Source: the human T2T-CHM13v2.0 reference genome, Homo sapiens. From it: a DNA stretch of 64,000 nucleotides. Positions 13,790 through 27,600 of the stretch are shown piece by piece; position 1 is the stretch's first letter, and each line of letters begins with the position of its first letter. The notes under the pieces are model-generated. The model did no database searches and had not been told where the DNA came from. It saw only the letters and a list, made by a program, of their open reading frames with translations. The stretch lies in assembly GCF_009914755.1 (NCBI RefSeq), contig NC_060931.1, one strand, 5' to 3'. The translations under genes were made by a program, and so were the position numbers.

Positions 13790-13898
13790 CTGAAGAATGA
13801 ATGGCTTTGCTCCTTTTCTGCATCACTTCCATTAATGCACCCACAATTCCTGAAGTGGGTGCAGGTGTTGGTGGTGTAGACTCTTGGCCATCAGCCAC
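13790..13898 (-). CDS. WASL: WASL exon 10, central/connector (C) region (VADGQES...SKAIHSS)
   Basis: tccaag|GTG...TCA G|gtagag; 109 nt; ORF 13731..13919. Confidence 0.97.
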
Positions 13899-16087
13899 CT
13901 TGGAAAAGAAAGTTAGCAAAACTCAGTAATAAATCTTTAGCCAAGAATCTTTGTCTCCAGAAAGTCCTACTTTCTTAGAATCACTTCTTATTGTAAAAGA
14001 CAAAAAAGATATCAAACTGGCAAGCGCAGGACAAGATTAATCAAATTAACAAGAAATAAACTGCTGCCTTAAAGATATTATTCAAAAATATTTCCTTTCC
14101 ATCTTAATGTATAAGCCAAAAATACATTTCCAAATCTATGTTTACATTCAGATAACAAACCCTCTCCTGAATAATACTTGCTGGGTTACTTCTGTTTATT
14201 CCAGCACACACAGACTTAGATGATCAACTTTAAAGCTTTTATCAAGGGATTTCATGTTATAAACAGAGGTTAATATTTAGACTCCAGAGTTGTTACGTGG
14301 GACGCACACTGAAGATATTGAAAAACAACTGTAGAAACTTATATTTGCCTACAAAAATTCAGCTTTACACCTTTATGTTACATTTATACCTTCAAAATGA
14401 ACCTCTTTTCTCATAGTATATAATTTCTTTTTAAGGAGATGAGTTGAGCAACTTTCAAAATGTACCTGCCTCACTAGGCAAGTAACAATCCCTAACTGAA
14501 GTACTTCCAGCTGTGCCAAAGTGCATTCATGAAAAAAAAAATTATAATTAAAGATGAAACAGCATAGCTGTATTAAATAATTACCTATGTTTTAATACAT
14601 ACATATATAATATATATTTTTGAAATTCTTAATCATTTCCCAAAGACAATTTTATTTAGACAAACTTTCCATTTTGATCTGTACAATTCTTCCTCTAATA
14701 CTCCTTGTTCTTTCTGGAGTAAACACCTTTTTTAAAAAAATTCAAAGTGGTTCCCCCTAAGATATAGATTCATTCCTTAGTATTTTGGCTTTAAACATTA
14801 TGTATTAACTATTTCCAGTATAGAAGTACCACAAATGAAAAAAGATAACAGAGAGTTTCAGAGCTTTGTATTTCTGCACAAGGCTCTCAAGGAGGTACAA
14901 CAGCGGTAGGGACATTTAGACTACCTTTAAGCAATGTGATAATGTAAAGCAGAGAGCACAAAGCAGAAGTGAGCATACTCTCATCAAACACATTTTTTGA
15001 AGTGCTTACTTGAACAAAGTACTATTTGAGGTACTAAAACCATGGAATTCAAAAATATATGTGAGTATTCAATACCTCCTACTAGCTCTTTAAAGTAAGT
15101 CTATGGTTTTATGTTAATCATATTCATCACAGAATAAATTGATGATTTACTCAAAAAATTTAAAGAAACATAGCCATAGAAATTTCAACCACAAAATGGT
15201 CTTTTTCAAAAAATAACGAACTCGGATTACATGTATAACATGCCAATAGTTCACTGATTATGCACCCTATGATTGCAATAAATGCAATCAAAAGGAAAGT
15301 GATTATTTAGGATAAAAATGGCCCCCATTCTTCCACATCAATTAACAGGTTTTGCTGCTTCTTTTTTTTTTTTTGGAAAGAAAGGGAGAGTTGGGATGGG
15401 AGAAAGTTATGGAGAAAGTAAATAGAAATTTAACTCTTAAACTTTTTAAAATAAATGAGGATACAACTTTATTCGTTAAAAATTTTAAATCACCTTATTA
15501 TAGCTAAATGAGAGAAAGAAACAAAGTTGGTTTGTGAAAAGGAAATAGAAAAGGAAAACAAAAAGGTGGGTTAGGAGTGAGAGTTACGGGAATGAGAATG
15601 ACACAGGAACTAGCAGAGATTCCAAGGTAAAAGCTGGGCTGTGGTCATTTTGACATTAATTCTCCCCACTAACCACTCTTTAAAGTTCTTCAACTGCTCT
15701 TGACAGGCCTTTAGTCTGATCTAAAGGGGGAAAGAGAACAGAGATGACTGTTCATAGGTTTAAGTGTCATCCTGAATACATGTAAAGAAAAGAGCTAGAT
15801 ATATTTTAAAGATCAGAGTCTTCTTAGATCTATGCTAATGTTTACATGTTTTCATTCAATTAGTTGTGCTTCCTATCTATTACCCTCCTTTTAGACAAAG
15901 TTTCTGAGATCTAGAAAGTTACTTTAATTCCTATACTGGGAAATAATTTTCAATTAAAACATCCTCTGTCGTCTCCATTTACTTCACAGAAAAACTCTAT
16001 CATCCATGACCTCCCTGAAGTCCTGGAGAACATGTTATAAAAGGCTCCAAAAGAAGTATGTAAATGTAGACAGGTTAGGTTCTAGGA

Positions 16088-16418
16088 TAGGAGTCAGCAA
16101 ACTTGAGCCCATGGGCCAAATCCAGCCTGTTCTTGGATTTTTTTTTAAAACTATCTAAAAATTAAGCTTGATTTTTACATTTTTAAATGGCTGAAAGAAA
16201 ATAAGAGTATTTTTGATATGTGAAAGTTATATAAAATTCAAATTTCAGTGTCCAAATATAGTTTTATAGAACACAAGCATGTCCATTCATTTATGTATTG
16301 TCTGTGGTGCTTCTGCGGTAAAACAGCAGAGCTGAGTGGTCACAAGAGGCCATACTGCCTATATAAGCCCAAGGTTTTACTACCTGATCCTTTATAGGAA
16401 AATGTTTGCTGAACTCTA
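16088..16418 (+). mobile_element. MER58B-like hAT-Charlie DNA transposon
   Basis: Termini taggagtcagcaaact ... gtttgctgaactct; internal aaattcaaatttcagtgtcc. Confidence 0.75.
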
Positions 16419-16724
16419 GAAGATTAAATGACCTGTAAGATTAAATGATTACCTCATCCAAATCAGATAATCCTAAATTTATTTGCCATCACTGTCAGAA
16501 ATTCTATTACAACTCTTTCAATTTTTTTGGTCTGATTCTCTACTAATCTAAATTTTAGAACATGAAAACTTTGGAACATGATTTAATTTTCATAAAGCTA
16601 CTGGTTTAGATTTCCTAAGGTGATCACAATTGGTTTCAAGTAGGGCTATTTTTAATTCTCACAGCTTAATAAGGATTTTTCTTTAAAGTACCTTTTATTT
16701 GAAAGTAAAGTCTAGAACAATGAA

Positions 16725-16970
16725 TTGCAAACATCCTGTAAAATTCCATTCACATGAAGTTCTAGAATAGGTAAAACTAATCTATGGTGATTAGATCAGT
16801 GATTGTTTATGGAAAAATTAACTGGGAAGAGGTATGAGAAAACCTTCTGGGGTGACAGAAATACCCTACATTTGGATATAGAGATATGGGTTACATGGCT
16901 ATAGAGATGTATCAAAGCTGAATTAAAAATTTGTGCATGTCACTGCATGTAAAAGTATTTTTAAATTTAT
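16725..16970 (+). mobile_element. Old L1 (L1ME-like) 3' fragment
   Basis: ttctagaataggtaaaactaatctatggtga...ttctggggtgacagaaat. Confidence 0.65.
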
Positions 16971-17094
16971 AGGGTTAAGAATGAATTAGCAAGAGGAAAA
17001 AAGAATACACTTTTCAAAAATATCTTTCAATAAATTACTTTAAAATTCCATTATGATAAAGGATCTAAAATGAAAAAAAAAAAAGCTTACTTAC

Positions 17095-17615
17095 AGATTT
17101 TAGTTGGATACCCTGTCGTATCTGGTCTAACAGTGCATCTCGTCCAGAGCAGGACACTGGCCGACTGTTCTGCTCCACTTTTTTTAGCTGAGCACCCTCT
17201 CTAATTTGATCTAAAAGAGCTGCTTTGTTTCCTGCAGTAGTTGGAACCTGATGGTCCCCATCAGAAGGCAGGCCAGGCGGGGGCGGTGGCCCAGGAGGAG
17301 GTGGAGGTGGAGGCGGTGGGGGTGGTGCCACTGGCCCTACCCCCAACACAGATGGAGGTGGTGGTGGAGGCCCTGAAGGTGCTGAGGAGGGAAGGGCTGG
17401 AGGTGGAGGAGGGTACATCCTATTTGGCGGTGGTGGAGGGACTGCTACACTTGGCCTGGAAGGAGGCGGTGGTGGAGGTGCAGCTGTGGGAGCTCTTGAA
17501 GGTGGTGGGGGAGGAGCGCCTCTTCCCCTAGCAGGAGGAGGAGGAGGACCTGAGTTGTGTGGAGGGGGAGGAGGAGGAGGTGGCCCTCCCCTTGATGGTG
17601 GTGGAGGTGGTGGTG
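17095..17615 (-). CDS. WASL: WASL exon 9, proline-rich domain and two WH2 (V) motifs
   Basis: tttcag|CA CCA...AAA TCT|gtaagt; 521 nt; LLDQIR..LKKV and LLDQIR..LKSV WH2 motifs in ORF 17065..17670. Confidence 0.98.
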
Positions 17616-18397
17616 CTGAAATGCAAACAGAAAAAAAGAAGGCATGCTTTTTTCTTCTCATAAACATCATATTGAAAAGTAATTCATTTTAACATGTATA
17701 AAAATTGAATAATACCAAAAAAGGGTCTCATCTTTGCATTTTATTTTACAAAGATACCTGAGCACAGATGATATCTCACAATTTTTTTTGAGAATTGTCA
17801 GCCTAAAGATCACTTTCTTATTGGTTCTTAAAAAAATATGAGCTAAAACAGAATAGTTTATTTTTTTGGAATTAGTACCAGTTCTGAAAGTAAGGGGAAT
17901 AAACATTTTCTACTTTACAAAATAATAACAAAATATACCAATGAAATTAAACATTTTGTTAATTAGCATTAGTTTACATTTTAATAAAAATAAATACCTT
18001 CCCTCTTTAAAAAAGAATCAAGTACACTTATTTTTTTAAGTAAAATCAATTCACATTCAGAATTATAGTGTAGCATAGCTTAATAGAATTCATTCACATT
18101 AATCTGCGCTAAAGCCCAAATATAATGCTTTCCTTTCAAAATGTAAGCCTTTGTCATTTAATTTACATTTGTACTTTTATAGCATAATGTCTGTATCTCT
18201 AAAAATTGTCTGCAATTCTAGTAATGGCATTATAGGAGGCTGGTTGCTTTGTTGAAATGCTCAATTACTTATTCCAGAGACATGAACTGGTTATTAACAA
18301 ATTAACTGAGAATTTCCATACACTGCAAAATTAAAGTTATTAACAAAAATTACTATTATTCCAGTAGTCATGATATTAGCATTCTTATTCCACATCA

Positions 18398-18679
<282 letters not shown>

Positions 18680-19462
18680 CTATATAAGTCAATCTATCAA
18701 TCAAAGTTTAAATGAACACTGGCAATGAAAAAGACATAAGTAAACTGAATGCCTAATTTAAAATGACAGTTAAGTTCTTCAGAAGAATGTTTTAACCGGA
18801 GCTTTTGCTTAACTACACTATTATGAGTATGCAAAAGCTAGGAAGAAGAAAAGAAAGCAGTCCTAATAAGGTAGCAAAGAGATGACTGTTAATTGGAAAA
18901 TTTAGAGTATTTTATCTGCATTTTACTGCAATAATTATTAAGACAAAACTGAAATACGAGGTCCTTTAAAATAAATATCAAATCTTAAAAGGTTATAAAT
19001 TGTGCTCTCAGGTACAAAAGAAAATTTCATACTTTATCCAAGAAAAAGGATTTGTATTTCAAAATAGAAAGTTTACATTATTTATATTCTGGAAATGCGT
19101 ATATTACTAATTAGAAAGTGATTATATTTAAATTATTACTTCTGAATTACAATAAAATCTGGTGGTTTATAGGATTCCTTAAGTATAACATTTAGGCAAC
19201 TATAAGTTTTTACTTTAAAATAGAATAGCTGGGAAGATTTTGTATGGATTTTTATGAATAAAGAATAAACAAAACCTTGTAAAGTTTTTTTAGTTATAAT
19301 GAAATAATGTTAAGACACAGTGTGATGGGCCACATTAGTTGTCCATAGACTTCAACATTCTGCTCAAGGAAGGGTTCACATGTATGAATGTTAACTGGTT
19401 TCCATGAAACTGACCTCAAAAGATTAAAACAAAACAGAACGCTGAATAGAGATAAAAGTTAC

Positions 19463-19616
19463 CTTGCCTCCGCAGTTCATTTTTAACAGCTTCAACACCT
19501 CCTGTTTTTTCAATAAAGTCATATATAACTTTTGATGTTTCTCTGTCTTTAAGTTGTGCCTCTGAGATTCCACACATATCGAAAAGATTCTTCAATTCTG
19601 GATCCAAATTATTCAG
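19463..19616 (-). CDS. WASL: WASL exon 8, GBD C-terminal half incl. VIYDFIEK tyrosine (LNNLDPELK...NELRRQ)
   Basis: ttgtag|CTG...CAA G|gtaact; 154 nt; ORF 19416..19607. Confidence 0.97.
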
Positions 19617-20570
19617 CTACAAAAGAAAGTAACTGCTAACTATAAAAATATATCCCAACTTAAAAAACATAATTTTAAGTCTCATCTGTGTCCTTCTGAA
19701 ATTATTTTGCCTAAACTTTTAACATGCTTATATTACTTATGTGCTAACTAAAATATTTTATTAAAAAAAACGGAACAGATATATTCCCTATTTTATTCTT
19801 CTTTTTTGTTCCCTGCCTTCAAAAAGAGGGCATCTCATTTAGATTTCTATTAGCCTATTCATGATTCAGACATCTCCAATGCTCATTTATTCTACCTTGT
19901 CCTAAGTAAGTATGTAAAAATCAGGAATAAACACAAAAAAAGTAAATTAATTTGAAAATCTGAGAGCAAGGATCTTCCTGTAATCCCAAGCACCTTGCAC
20001 AATGCCCAGCACAAGAGGTGCTCAGTATGTTTGTTGAGTTAACATTGTAGCTATAACAAAAATAACTAAAAATATTTTTTACTCCAATCACAAATAATAT
20101 CTCTTTAAAATAATGCATCCAAACGCTGATTAATTTTTGCCAGCAGTTTCACAGTGCTATAAAACAACGGCAAAACTGCCAAAAAGAACAGGAGAATGAA
20201 AAGATCTGGAGAATTCAACAACTGAATATTCAGAATTTGATTATACTACTTTCTAGTAATTTGGTATACACTCCCCTGAAATTATCACTTGGCAGAAATG
20301 ATTTTCTTCTCTTGGCTTTCAAAGCACAAGGATTTTATTTATACAGTGTATAAAGCCAAGGTACACAAAACCTTAGTCTAAGTCTTTAGAGACTTAGCCA
20401 TGAATGACAGAACAATAATATGGTTTTAAACCTCAGTTGTATACATACATAAAACACAAGCACATTCAAACAGATACTAGAAACCACAAAAATGAATTTA
20501 AAAAAATCTAAAATAGGCCAACACATTTCCACATACAGTTATAACGTATATGATTTGAAAACATACTTAC

Positions 20571-20613
20571 ATCAAAGCCTGTATTTGGATCCCAACCAAC
20601 ATGTCCAATGTGC
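20571..20613 (-). CDS. WASL: WASL exon 7, CRIB motif (HIGHVGWDPNTGFD)
   Basis: cttcag|G CAC ATT...GAT|gtaagt; 43 nt. Confidence 0.96.
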
Positions 20614-20759
20614 CTGAAGTAGAAAATAGAAAAAAAATAGAAAAACAAAATGCATAAAGGGCATTATAAACACAATATATATGAAACCCAATCTACATTT
20701 GGCTTTGAATTTTTGGTCTGAACTAACAGTTCTCACAGACATAACCATATTGTGATAAA

Positions 20760-20970
20760 AACTATGTACAAGGAGTCAGAAGAACAGGATTCTAGCCCTG
20801 ACTCTGCTACTAACTGAAACTTAAAATTTTTGTACAATCTCTCTGAGCATCTATTTCCTTAATTGTCAAATTAGCATAAGAGTCCAAGCATTATATATAT
20901 GACGGGATAAGGGTTTCATAATGAGCTAATAAAATAATGCATATGAAAATGCTTGAAATATGTTAAATAC
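20760..20970 (+). mobile_element. MIR fragment
   Basis: ggagtcagaagaacaggattctagccctgactctgctactaact...tctctgagcatctatttcctt. Confidence 0.6.
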
Positions 20971-21326
20971 CAAAGGTTTTTACTGCCCCTAGGCAGTATC
21001 TGTAAACAATTTCTAAATGCTATTTTTAGAGCAAAGTGAGAAATCATTTTTATGTTCAATAATTAGTTGAAGAAACAACTTTATCTAATTTTTCTTTTCT
21101 CATAGTTGAAAAAGTAAATAAACCATAAGATTCCAAGAACATCTATTGAGCAGCTGCCTTAAAAAAAAAAAAAAACTCCAATAAAGTACATAGTTAAAAC
21201 GGTATCCAAGTGATGAATGTACACACCCTCCCGAAAAGAGAAGAAAATTTTCTAACAAGTTAAAAATCAAGAACAGCAATGAATAAATCAAAAGTGAAGA
21301 TAAGAACAACAAAAGAACTGTCTTAC

Positions 21327-21495
21327 TGGAAATTGCTTGGTGTTCCTATATCTGCCTTGGTTAATCTCTTCTTTTTAGCTTTTCCCTTCTTCTTTTCTTT
21401 GGTATGGGAGATGTTGTTGACTTGTGGACCATAAAATCTATTTGTTGTGATTTCTGGATTTTTTATATCAACTGTAGCCATGGGTAGATTAGGAC
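21327..21495 (-). CDS. WASL: WASL exon 6, basic region and start of CRIB/GBD (GPNLPMATVD...KADIGTPSNFQ)
   Basis: ttgtag|GT...TTC CA|gtaaga; 169 nt; ORF 21323..21511. Confidence 0.97.
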
Positions 21496-22416
21496 CTACA
21501 AATAAAACCAAATTATATAAAAGGGATATAATTTAAGATAACTGATATACAATCATAATTTACAATTTAAATACTTTTTCTGAAATAGGATCACTTCATT
21601 ATAAATTATTTATATTTTAAACTTCTACATTTTTTTCATAAAGTGCTGCCTAAATTTCTAAAACCTGTTAAGTTCTTGAAATGAGTGTAGATGCACTATT
21701 TCAAAGCAAACTTACATTTTTATGCCATTAAATTTCATAAAGAATATGAACTTCCAGCTAGAATTTAAATATAATTAGTCTAATCTCTTAAATTTTGATT
21801 ATAATAGCCTCATATCCAACACATTGCTCAACAGTAAAGTGAAACATATCTTGTAACAAGGATAAAGAAAGTAAAGTATCTATTTTTGTTTTAAATTTAA
21901 CAAAGAAATATAGCCTTAACTCTTTGTTTCAACTTTATTAGTCAAGAAGAAAAAGGGTACTTAAAATTATTACTACCATTTTTTCCAGAACTGGCATCCT
22001 TAAGTCAAATGATATTTTCCCCACCAGTACGCATACACCTTGACTATCAGAAGTATAGAATTTAAAAATTTAAAACACAAAAATTCTTAAAGCACTCATC
22101 TTGTGCAAGAATCAACAGTAAAAATGTCAAAGGCATCTTTCCATATTATTAATAGTATCTTCAGAAGTGGTACTAAATGTAGCAGAAAACTTGTCTTACA
22201 ATTCAAAATAAAATTCTTGATCTTAAAAGTATGAAAGTCTGAATGTGGAGCATTCAACTGAAAAATTTCTTAAAAATTCAACTAAAGGGCAACACATGTT
22301 CCTCAGAGATCCTATTTTTATATATGGTTCTCTGACAAATCCTCCTTTGAGACCAAGTTCCTCTGAGGTGACTACATTAACGACCACTTCCAAAACATAT
22401 GAAATACTATCATCGT

Positions 22417-22973
22417 TGTGTAGAAAAGAGTTTAAGGCAGCACACTTTAGACTGCTCTTCTTAGAAAGGACCACTTGCAAGGTTGGCCCTCAGTTGACCA
22501 CTTGGGAAGTTGGATTTCAAGAGGGTTCCCACTATTCCCTGACAAGGTGGGCTTATTGTGTCTAAACTGTTTGTGCTAACAATGCAGTTTATGTTGAACA
22601 TCTACTTTCCTTCTGGGAGTCTGAAATCTTGGTAAGTGCAAGGCAGGGTAGACCTATGTAACTAGCCCTCAACGAAAACCCTGGGCACCAAGTCTCAAGC
22701 TTTTCCTTTAGACAACATTTCACAAGTTGTCACAATTCATTATTGGAGGAATTAGGTGCAACCTCTGTGTTCTCCACTGGGAGAACTCTTGGAAACTTGT
22801 GTGTGGTTTTTTTTTTTTATGAACTTCATCCCATGTGTCTTTCCCTTTGCTGATTTTGTTTTATATGTGTTTTCACTGTAATAAATGTTTGCCATGAGTA
22901 CAGCTATATATTAAGTCCTGTAAGTCCTGGTGAATCACCACCTCTGAGGATGGTCTTGGGGATCCCCAACATA
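22417..22973 (+). mobile_element. Solo ERVL LTR, MER68-like
   Basis: Starts TGTGTAGAAAAGAGTT..., ttgcaaggttggccct, AATAAA at ~22880, ends ggggatccccaacata; ~557 bp. Confidence 0.75.
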
Positions 22974-23851
22974 ATCAATAAATGGCAAATAGAAATCTCA
23001 AGGCTAATGTATATTAGTTGATCCTTAAAATCCAACTTGACTGTTATTCTTTAATTATGCCCCAAACTGCCAAAGTATCCTACTTACTAAAATTATCTGA
23101 AAAAAAAAAAAAGTTTATTTACATGGGTAAATTGTATATACCCTATTTTCTCCCAACTCTACTATTAAAGATAAAACAAAACTAAAACAAATTTATGAAA
23201 GCCATGTCACCTTATCAAAAAAGTAAATAATTTGGAAAGGCATATTTTTAATATCACCAAAATTCAACTCTTTTCCCTTAATATTCAAATCCTATTTATA
23301 TATAATATTTTAATAATCCTAAAGTTTTAGTTACAATTTCATTCAAAAATTCCATAGGAAGTTGTTGATATGGATAAGAAATAGTTTTTGGGAAAAATGA
23401 GAGCTAGTGAATAATATGGATAAAATCATTAAAAGCTTTTTTAGTGCCCAGGAATAATATGAAAAATAACTAGATCAGTAAGTAAAGGTGAGTTAAGCAG
23501 TATCGAATGACCTGAAAGGGTGATTAGGATGTGAATTTTCAAATTTGCTCAGGTATCAGATTTCGGCATTTATGTAGTTGTACAAAATAAAGGACTTACT
23601 GAGAATATCCAGAATGTAGGGACTAGAGGGTTGAATTGGGGTTACACTCAGACCTTCACAGACTTATCTGGTGGTCTACTTTTACTTCTCATTCTTCCCT
23701 TTCTGCCCTCTCACTTCTTATCTTTACCAGTCAGTATCAGCAACACTATCCACAATAAGGATGCTACAAATTACTTTGTTTCTTATCTTTATATCTTAAT
23801 AAAATGTAAGAATTAAGACAGAATTAGGAGTATCAGAATTAGGTACTCCCT

Positions 23852-24148
<297 letters not shown>

Positions 24149-24642
24149 TTAGGCACTCTCTTTATTCATATGACTTTTCCGGAACTAAGTATTCAAATAG
24201 CAACTATAAACAATCAGACTCACCAGTAAAATATAAAAACAGAAAACAACAAAAATATTTTCTGCCACTTTAGCTTATATAAAAGCCATCTATTATACTA
24301 TAGATGACTAGCATGGAAACACAGTTGGATAAAGTTAAGTTTAATGATTTAAATTATCCAAGCTAGTATATTTTTGAAAAATCAGCTTCTTATAACCTTG
24401 ATTTATATAACTCACTAGAGAAAGTAATTCAGCTGTCTCTGAGGAAGATTCAAGAATGAGGATAGGAACAAAATGTAAGTGATATGTGAAATGAGTAACA
24501 ATGTTTAACTCATACTGTAATCAGACTGTTTCCCCTCTTTCTCTACCCAAAAATCAGGCATGAATATATTATTATGCATCAACATTATCTCTTTAAGTCA
24601 TTATAGATGAATTTTATTAGTACTAGTTAAAACATTATTTAA

Positions 24643-24961
<319 letters not shown>

Positions 24962-25181
24962 CTATAAAGAAAAATCCATATAATGGAGATATATAGAAAA
25001 TTAGTATTAGATGGGAAATTAGAGTTTCTTTTCAAAATTGCCTTTCATTTTATTAATGAAAATGAAGGACAGTAAGAGTCAGGTGATCTTTATAAAGTCA
25101 TATGATTAGTGACAGAAGCAAAAGTGTATTCTGATATCTTGGTTCCTAGTCCACTACCCTTCCAATTAACTACTTTACCTC

Positions 25182-25471
25182 TTTTTTTTTTTGAGATGGA
25201 GTCTCACTCTCTCGCCCAGGCTGGAGTGCAATGGCGCCATCTCGGCTCACTGCAACCTTCACCTCCGGGTTCAAGTGATTCTCCTGCCTCAGCCTCCCAG
25301 GTGGCTGGGACTACAGGTGTGTGCCACTAAGCCTGGCTAATTTTTCATATTTTAGTAGAGATGGGGTTTCATCGTATTAGCCAGGATGGTCTTGATTTCC
25401 TGACCTCGTGATCCACCTGCCTCGGCCTCCCAAAGTGTTGGGATTACAGGCGTGAGCCACCGTGCCCGGCC
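25182..25471 (-). mobile_element. AluS (Sc-like), full length with TSD
   Basis: TSD aactactttacctctt / aactattctacctctt. Confidence 0.95.
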
Positions 25472-26427
25472 AACTATTCTACCTCTTATACCTCTTACAC
25501 AAAAGTCAAACTACAAGGTGGATAACACCGCTAATTTTACAAATGTCATAATACATTCTTTGTTTGCCAATTTTTCAGTTTTCTTGGTCTGTGGTCCAAC
25601 AAGTCATTATTCAACAAATATTTACTAACAACTTACAGAATTTAGAAAAAAATGGATTTCTATACATTCAAGAGGTTAGGTACTCGGTTATTTCTGTTGA
25701 CAATGGTTATTTACTTTAGAGTTTGAAGATGTTAGGAAATAAGTTTAAAATGGTATTCTAGAGCCAAATTAAGTATCTGTTTCAAGCGACACACTAAAAA
25801 AACTGATAACCTGTTTAAGGTATAGAGCCATTTTTTAAACAACATAAAGTATATGAAAGATTTAGTAACAGATGTACGTACTGAAGTCATTTCTAGTAAA
25901 GTTTAATTATTCCATTTATGAAATTACACTCCTCCTAAGAACTACTATGTAAACATATAATGAAGGCGGGCTGTTTTCCTTCTTTTTTAAAAAACAAATG
26001 ACAAATTAACTCCTTCTGATTAAGGATAACTGTTGCATGAAAAGGTTTTTAAATGTTCTTGTGAACAGACATGTCTAGTTAATTTTAAATCTAAAAGAAC
26101 TCAAGTTTCCCATTAATTACATAAGAAGCAAAGAAGCCTCACCAAGGAAAACAGTTGAAAAACAGGTGGCCTAGAGGCCTCTGATGTCAAGCAGTCACGA
26201 AGCTGAGAACAAATCATTGGAAAGCATATATGCTAAAATGTGAGACTGACCAATAAAGAAATTAGGAGTGAGGAAGTTACTGAACTGCATTTTAGGAATG
26301 TATGTAAATTCTACATAAAGTATCTTTTTAATAATTAAAATTTGAAAAGGTGTGGTAAACTGATAATCTAAATAAGGATCTGAGACAAAGCACCTGCATA
26401 GCTACTGGAGGACATGGTCCAGGGGCC

Positions 26428-26445
26428 CACTGCCACCTAGTGGTG
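26428..26445 (-). promoter_or_regulatory. Candidate CTCF binding site
   Basis: Minus strand caCCACTAGGTGGCAGtg matches the CTCF core CCASYAGRKGGCRS. Confidence 0.6.
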
Positions 26446-26796
26446 GTGCACCAAATACAGTAAAGTAATAATGCTGCCTCCTAAACAGTGGTCTCCACTT
26501 AGTGGGGAAAGCAAGATAGTTGAATGCAAAGCAGTTTTAAAATATTACAACTTGTATTAATAATTATTTATTTCATTCTTTGTGTATTAATATATTAATT
26601 CCATATTATATGTATATTTTATAAGTATACAAGTATTGGCAATACATGCTGTATAATTTTGTCCTTTAACAACACTATTAAAAAAAAAAACCCTCCATTT
26701 ATTTAATGAAAGAAGTCTGAAACCACTGGGCCAAATGATTAAAACTAAAGATTTAAAACCAATGGCCAACTCATAGAAAGAAACTACATTTAATTC

Positions 26797-27090
<294 letters not shown>

Positions 27091-27227
27091 TGAAACTACA
27101 TTTAATTCTAAGTGGGTCTCTTAGTAGGGGTAATAAAATTATGAAACACCACTGTTATATAAAGAATTTTCAAATTCTATCTATTCATGGAAACTAGATG
27201 CCTCTTCAGAAATTCATTTTATAAATG

Positions 27228-27600
27228 TTCAGCCCTCCATATTCACAGTTCCATATCCATGCATTCCACATCCATGGATTCGACCAACTGTGGATTAAAA
27301 ATAAAAATGGATGGGTCCATCTGTTCTGAACATGTACAGAACATTCTTGCTATTATTCCCTAGACAATACAGTATAACAACTATTTACCCAGCATTACTT
27401 CTCAGCCTTTTGGCTAAGACCAAATGTACCTAGCATTTACATCGTATTAGGTATTATGAGTACTCTACAGAGGATTTAAAGCATATAGGAGAATCTGTAG
27501 TTACATGCAAATACTATGTTGTTTGTATCGCAGACTTGAGTATCAACGAAGTTTTGTATCCATGGGGGGATCCTGGAACTGATCCAACATGGATACATGT
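27228..27600 (+). mobile_element. MER2 (TcMar-Tigger) DNA transposon
   Basis: catccatggattcgaccaac...caatacagtataacaactattt...ggatcctggaac matches MER2. Confidence 0.8.
27394..27428 (+). pseudogene. U2 snRNA 5' fragment (3'-truncated retropseudogene)
   Basis: ATTACTTCTCAGCCTTTTGGCTAAGACCAAATGTA vs U2 nt 1-35 ATCGCTTCTCGGCCTTTTGGCTAAGATCAAGTGTA (30/35); flanked by tacccagc / tacctagc. Confidence 0.88.

Noticed and set aside
17063-17094. Apparent 3' splice site (U-tract + ttttag) ~30 nt after the exon 9 donor
   Set aside because: Too short for a spliceosomal intron; better read as a U-rich donor enhancer.
17241-17692. Gly/Glu/Val-rich + strand ORFs and the alternate-frame His/Leu ORF over exon 9
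   Set aside because: Shadows of CCN proline codons, which lack stops in other frames and strands; no independent gene signals.
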